DNA of 63,831 bases, filler included, from Lenisia limosa (lineage: Eukaryota; Protista; Breviatea), in the NCBI GenBank assembly GCA_001655205.1. It is 15 parts of 15 records of this genome, joined end to end, with 100 filler letters (N's around TTAATTAATTAA, not from the genome) between each part and the next. Parts side by side here need not be neighbours in the genome. Positions count along the whole stretch, not along the records: positions 53,889 to 61,048 come from LPNZ01004782.1; positions 61,149 to 62,352 come from LPNZ01002843.1; positions 62,453 to 63,831 come from LPNZ01006721.1; 12 more parts are not named here. One strand, written 5' to 3'. The position numbers and the translations under genes are program-made. Below are positions 57,910-63,831 of this stretch, one piece after another; position 1 is the first letter of the stretch, and each line of letters opens with the position of its first letter. Under the pieces are notes generated by a model that was not told the DNA's origin, did no database searches, and was given only the letters and a program-made list of their open reading frames with translations.

Positions 57910-59353
57910 TTAGTTGGTGGCATCAACGCGCAAATCATGGCTGTAGCATCGTTGAGAGAGGAAGTGTCGAGAAGTGTAGTGGCTTTCGTGGCACTGGTTG
58001 CTCTTCAGGGACTGAAAAACTGCTTTCGTGAGTAGCTTAATGAGCTCATCGTCGGGTTGTTGACACGTCTTGATGGGGTCAAAGTCTTGGTTGTCTGCTT
58101 GAATAGCTTTTTTGACAAGTTGGGATTTGTCCTTGAGAAACTCGGTCTCAGCAAGGCGGCAATCTACACATTGATACGAAGACGGTGTCGCAAAATCTGG
58201 GCGCGTTGAAGATCTAGGCGCAACTGATGGACTGACTTGAGCAACGATACCTTTTCTGGTGTGTCTTACTGACCAGTCCACTTGTGAAAGAATTCTTTCG
58301 TTAGTGAGACCAAGACAAGGAGGTTGGGGCCACTGATGGTCGATGGTAGTCGACTTGAGTCCAAAATCAGGAATGCACTCAACTTGAAGTTTTCCTTTGG
58401 AAGGGGTATACCTCGATACAACAAACGGAAAACCGTTCGTTGGCTGATCATCAATGTAGTTTGATCTAGGAAACCATCATCAATGTTGTTATTGGGTCTA
58501 CTCAGAGTCACATAGAGTAGGAAGAACAGATCATAGATTTACTCAAAACATACAAGTTCTGCATTGAGGACAGACGGGACAGAAGAATCCATGTTGACAA
58601 AAAAGGCCTTAAATATGGAATATCCCCGTTCCAGGTGTTTTTGCCTTCGATTATCACATGCCATGGGAGTTTTGCCGTCATCATAGCCCTCGAGCTTAGT
58701 ATATGTGTGTTGACGATACCTGGACGATTTACTTGTTTTGTCAGGCTTGTTTCGTTTGTACATTCTCCCCGTCATCATTCAGAGTGTTATTGGTAGATAT
58801 TTGGTGCTGATATGATAATCCCTGTTCCACTGTTTGTTCACGATAAACGAATCTATAATCTTTACTATTTGCTGATTTCTGCTTTGACTCCAGAAAAAAA
58901 TAGTTTTGTTGACAATCTTCAACACAGTATTCTCTCGTTTTTTCCCCTTTATTTTATATCATTTTCTAAACATCTTACAAAATACCATTTCCACATCACA
59001 TGCAATGTGATATAAGATGTAATATCCTTAATTCCGAAATTGTGGTCACCATCCAGAACGAAGCGAACAAAGCAGCAGAAGGCTCTTCGATACGCCACGA
59101 TTTCAATGTCGGTAGCCACGGCGTGTGCGTTGTATTGGATGCAGAACTTCCTTACCTGAATCTTGGCGGTTTTATTTTTGTTTTGCGCGAGAAAACTCTT
59201 GTCAATCAAAATAGATCTGTGCATTGATTTTTTTTTATACAAAGAGTTTGTTTTTGTTTGGTTATCTTTTATGCATTGTGGCTTCAGTTCTTTTAATTTT
59301 GAAAGTTCGGTTTCGAAGAATTCAGGTGAAATACCTTTTGTAGAGATATTCAC
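57910..59353 (-). CDS. Hypothetical protein, about 3 or more exons
   Basis: Long last exon SNYIDDQPTNGFPFVVSRYTPSKGKLQVECIPDFGLK...RVDATN* (about 180 codons open), joined in phase to ...LPWHVIIEGKNTWNGDIPYLRPFLSTW...; upstream 134-aa ORF with FVLDGD (possible DxD). Confidence 0.5.
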
Positions 59354-59547
59354 ACAAGTTGACCACTACATGAATTATGGTAGAAGATTTACCCGATCAT
59401 TTGTCTTGCAATTGAACAGCTCAAGAACATACTTTGATATGGGATCCGCTCATTTGGAAACAGTTAGACCTACATCAATCCTCACAATAACAGATTATCA
59501 AAAGTCGCGCCTCCGGGGTACTTGGTGTTTAAAATAGTTGGCGATAG

Positions 59548-60681
59548 TTACACGTCATCTAATCGGGCTCTCTTGCGGCTGCCATTGGCTTCAAATGCTG
59601 ACTTTCTGGGGGGGGGGGGGNNNNNNNNNNNNNNNNNNNNNNNNNNNNNNNNNNNNNNNNNNNNNNNNNNNNNNNNNNNNNNNNNNNNNNNNNNNNNNNN
59701 NNNNNNNNNNNNNNNNNNNNNNNNNNNNNNNNNNNNNNNNNNNNNNNNNNNNNNNNNNNNNNNNNNNNNNNNNNNNNNNNNNNNNNNNNNNNNNNNNNNN
59801 NNNNNNNNNNNNNNNNNNNNNNNNNNNNNNNNNNNNNNNNNNNNNNNNNNNNNNNNNNNNNNNNNNNNNNNNNNNNNNNNNNNNNNNNNNNNNNNNNNNN
59901 NNNNNNNNNNNNNNNNNNNNNNNNNNNNNNNTCTAATGAACATCGATATTATATCGGTCTTTGTCGGACCTGACACCATGCATACCGTATGCTGTCCCAT
60001 AGAATGGCATTCTCCTCCGACGTCGCTTCGATTGTGTCAATAACACTACAGGGGTCAAATAAAGTCAAAACACAACACGGGTCAAATATACTACAAATGG
60101 GGGTAATTACACTAAAAATAAGGGTCAAACAAGGTCAAAAACACGTCCCCCTCTCTTGCCTGTTTTATGATTTCCATCAAGCCTGTTTACAACATAGTAC
60201 AGCAACTTAACCATCGCCGTCTCCCCATTTCTCAAAAATAGCATCGCCGTCTCCCCATTTCTCATAAATAGGCATCGCCCTCTCCATCATACCTTTATTT
60301 CTTAGACATATACCCCTCTTGCCTGTTTACGATGGCGAAGGTGTCCATGGGGAGGAAGTTCTCACAAGCCTGCAGGAATCGAACACACGGCATGGGGCGG
60401 GTGGCGAAGGCTCTCTGGGGAGGGGGTGAGGATACNNNNNNNNNNNNNNNNNNNNNNNNNNNNNNNNNNNNNNNNNNNNNNNNNNNNNNNNNNNACCATG
60501 ATCAATCATCACCACCATCATTATCATCATCATCATCAAAATAATCATGACCATCATCACCACCACCAACCAAATCAGCGGATTTAAAGAGGAAGGTTGA
60601 AATCAGGGGTGTGAGTTTGGTGGAGAATGAGCCGGCAGCAAGTTGAACGACTTCAGTCAGACACGGCGAAATGTCACGAAT
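59548..60681 (-). CDS. C-terminal exons of a hypothetical protein ending in a basic, NLS-like tail
   Basis: IRDISPCLTEVVQLAAGSFSTKLTPLISTFLFKSADL|RAFATRPMPCVRFLQACENFLPMDTFAI, VIDTIEATSEENAILWDSIR, KSAFEANGSRKRARLDDV*; C-run acceptors. Confidence 0.5.
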
Positions 60682-62662
60682 CTGAGGGGGGGGGGGAGTA
60701 AGCCACTGTTTTTGATTTGAAAACAAAAGAGGGAAACAAACAAAAGAGGGAAACAAAACAGGGAGATTATTAATTAAGGGTGCGGGGTAAGTTCAAATGC
60801 AAACTATAAAAACAAAGTTGACAGTTTAACCTTGGTAAATCCCTTCTGCGTACATGTTGACAACCATTTTATCCCTCTTGATTATTGCCATGGAAAAAAC
60901 GTATTTAATCCCACTTGGTTTCTAAATAGAGTACCGGGATAAGTCTTGACCTATTTTCATGGGGAAATCATAGCAAATTGATTATCCCGGTCACTGTATA
61001 TGACATAGCCAATCGGTCAAGACTTATCCTGGTCACTGTATATATTTTNNNNNNNNNNNNNNNNNNNNNNNNNNNNNNNNNNNNNNNNNNNNTTAATTAA
61101 TTAANNNNNNNNNNNNNNNNNNNNNNNNNNNNNNNNNNNNNNNNNNNNAAAATACGTGTCATCTTACCACAGTATCACATAGAAGGCAGTTAGAATATCT
61201 GTGTGTAATAACAATAGAAACCAATTTTTGCAATCTCATTTTGCCTTCAATTGTGTCCTACTTACCTTTTTCACTTGACACTATATAGGTATTTCCCTCT
61301 TCCCTTTGCAGCTGAAGGTACTCACTGTTTGCCTAATTTTATGGTTGATATTTTAATTTTTTTGTTTCTATCTAATTTTGTGGTTCAAGGGGGGCTAAAG
61401 GGTGATCATCGCTTATGGTGATAATGGAACCTCGATTTCGATTATTTGTCTTCATAATGGACATATCAATAATCACTCTAGTAGTGGGATTGACATATCA
61501 ATCTGTCGTTTTCATTTGTGTTTACAGATCGCTGATCTTTTTGAGTTTTAGCTAAACAATAAATCAAGCACTTCGAATGGTTTAACACGCAAAAATTTGT
61601 TCCATTGTCCGAGATGTGGAAAGGGGACGGATTTGGCTGAAGTTCGCAGAGAAACAACCTATCAACCAAGATATCAAAACAAAGTACTTAGAAGCATACC
61701 TGCCGAGTGAATGAAATTCCGCGACGAATCGGTGGTTTGACGGCCATCCGCATCACTTTTTCCGCAGCGCAAAATGCGGATTCTATGTGAAGACCACCGA
61801 CCCCTCGCGGAGAAATGGTCATGCAAATGGGTTTCATTTGCTTTTAAATATTTGTTGGAAATAATTCGCAGATCTCTCAGTGGCAAGGAGCTGAGGAGAA
61901 TTTCTCTGGAATTTCTACTTATACTCCCACCAGAGAATACCTCATATCTCCCTTGAAGAACAAATCAGCAACTCTTCAACTCTCGAAGCCGTAAAACGAT
62001 CTGAGCCACATTTGATGGATCCATTGATTTTGACAGTTTTGACAGATAAGAACCGCCTAAGATAAGAATGTAACAGTTTTATCTGCTTGAGCACCCCTTA
62101 AAGCTGTAGCTTACTAGGGTCTAGGGTTATCGAATAATCAGCAAGGGTGGTCTACTTGAAGTGACATGGGTAACTTTAGCACTGTAGATTTGATCCTTAT
62201 TGGCTTATATGATTTTGACAGTTTTGGCAGAAAAGAATGTATATTACCAATAAAAAAAGAGCAGATTGGAGAGATAAAAGACTACAAATTTCCATGAAGG
62301 TCCATTGACAGGCCACACTCCAGTAGATGGGTAGTAGCCTAACACTGTCAAANNNNNNNNNNNNNNNNNNNNNNNNNNNNNNNNNNNNNNNNNNNNTTAA
62401 TTAATTAANNNNNNNNNNNNNNNNNNNNNNNNNNNNNNNNNNNNNNNNNNNNCATTTTTAAAAAGTGGGTACGGTTATGTGGCTGGGTACGGTTATGTGG
62501 GGTCACCTATATTATGGTACACACACTCTCACTCACTCACTTTGTGATAATTAATAATTACTTTGTTTACTACCCTCACCACCTCCACCACCTCCTGAAT
62601 TCATTGAAATACTGTTTTAATATCCTTTAGCGGTGTGTACAGAGGGTCTTGTCCAGTCCCTG

Positions 62663-62743
62663 TCATCCACCACGGCTCTTGGGGGCGGCAGCTTCAACCC
62701 CTCGCTTGTTTCGATAAACCTTGATCCGACGTCCCCACAGGTA
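62663..62743 (-). CDS. Terminal exon of an unidentified gene (upstream exons probably in 62870-63831)
   Basis: aag|YLWGRRIKVYRNKRGVEAAAPKSRGG*. Confidence 0.35.
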   Translation of the reverse strand, partial: YLWGRRIKVYRNKRGVEAAAPKSRGG

Positions 62744-63080
62744 CTTGGTCAAAATCGGAAATTAATTTAAGACTTCACTTCGGTTCGGAGAAATACCGAT
62801 AGTTCTCGAGGATTTATCGAGGAATTCAGTTTTTTTTTTTTGAACCGAAGCGAAGCCCAATAGGGAATTCATAGAAATAAATGGCTCAAACAAAGNNNNN
62901 NNNNNNNNNNNNNNNNNNNNNNNNNNNNNNNNNNNNNNNNNNNNNNNNNNNNNNNNNNNNNNNNNNNNNNNNNNNNNNNNNNNNNNNNNNNNNNNNNNNN
63001 NNNNNNNNNNNNNNNNNNNNNNNNNNNNNNNNNNNNNNNNNNACTTAAGAGAATACTGGGCAATTTATGAAGGTAGTAGG

Positions 63081-63158
63081 TAGGGCTTTAGTTCGATTCA
63101 CAAAATAACGGGAAAATATCGAGTGTTTTCGAGACTTTCGAACCGAAGTGAAGCCCTA
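63081..63158. mobile_element. Family C MITE, internally deleted
   Basis: tagggcttt...gaaccgaagtgaagcccta; flanks gtagtagg / gtagtatt. Confidence 0.75.
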
Positions 63159-63831
63159 GTAGTATTGTTCTGTGGAAAATCGGAAATTTATCCCCTCCTC
63201 CGAGATGTAATTACCCCTTTTTTTTTCTTTTTTTTTTCTTGTTTTTTCAATGCTCATCTTTTTTTTACACGCTGGAGTGATGGNNNNNNNNNNNNNNNNN
63301 NNNNNNNNNNNNNNNNNNNNNNNNNNNNNNNNNNNNNNNNNNNNNNNNNNNNNNNNNNNNNNNNNNNNNNNNNNNNNNNNNNNNNNNNNNNNNNNNNNNN
63401 NNNNNNNNNNNNNNNNNNNNNNNNNNNNNNNNNNNNNNNNNNNNNNNNNNNNNNNNNNNNNNNNNNNNNNNNNNNNNNNNNNNNNNNNNNNNNNNNNNNN
63501 NNNNNNNNNNNNNNTCAGCCGGCTGCGGGGAAGGTCCGACTCTTCCTATCTAACGTATTGGGGGAGTAATAACGAAAACTATGAATGGTCGGACTTTTTA
63601 GTCGGACAGAGTCTTGCTTGGGAAGTATGAGTTTCTATAAGAAATAACGTGGAAAGGGCGGTTCAAATGACTGACTGGAGGGAGAATGGTCCACTTACCA
63701 TATCTGGTAACCCCTCCTTTCCATTTACCATATTACGCAACTTCTCCTCCCACTTACCATATTAGGCAGCAGTCGAGGCCCGGCAGATTGGTATTCAACT
63801 CCAAGCTGGGCGAATCCACGACACCGCAATC

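Noticed and set aside
61478-61956. Competing ORFs on both strands (FHCPRCGK zinc-ribbon-like; VPLSEMWKGD Nudix-like)
   Set aside because: Frame and strand could not be decided; the motif matches are too short.

Overview
Draft-assembly DNA from an intron-rich eukaryote (probably a protist; the lineage cannot be assigned from the sequence alone), using the standard genetic code with GT-AG introns. The window is not one locus. It is about 15 unrelated contigs joined by 14 artificial 100-bp linkers (N44-TTAATTAATTAA-N44), with many further N gaps that mostly abut G/C homopolymers. Genes consist of many short exons, so the six-frame ORF track is mostly uninformative; gene models were rebuilt by hand from splice sites and reading-frame phase. 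Recognisable genes, mostly partial: pyruvate kinase, condensin CAP-G (NCAPG/Ycg1), phosphomannomutase, an axonemal-type dynein heavy chain, VAMP7, a TBC1D20/Gyp8-like RabGAP, a GGA(I)-repeat beta-helix protein and a Stig1-like + sushi-like Cys-rich protein, plus about 12 unidentified multi-exon genes. The most striking biology is in the introns. (1) Donors are typically GT followed by a G-run and acceptors a C-run followed by AG. (2) Two dispersed repeat families (A about 140 bp, B about 80 bp) end in oligo(C), are variably truncated at the other end, and sit with the C-tail against a splice site: sense at acceptors, inverted at donors, sometimes stacked. This suggests mobile elements that target or supply splice-site G/C tracts. 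(3) There are about 40 copies of a 100-bp hAT-like MITE with 8-bp TSDs, plus Tc1/mariner-like and TTAA-flanked elements. (4) Several splice junctions are themselves tandemly amplified. No rRNA, tRNA or CRISPR array was found.
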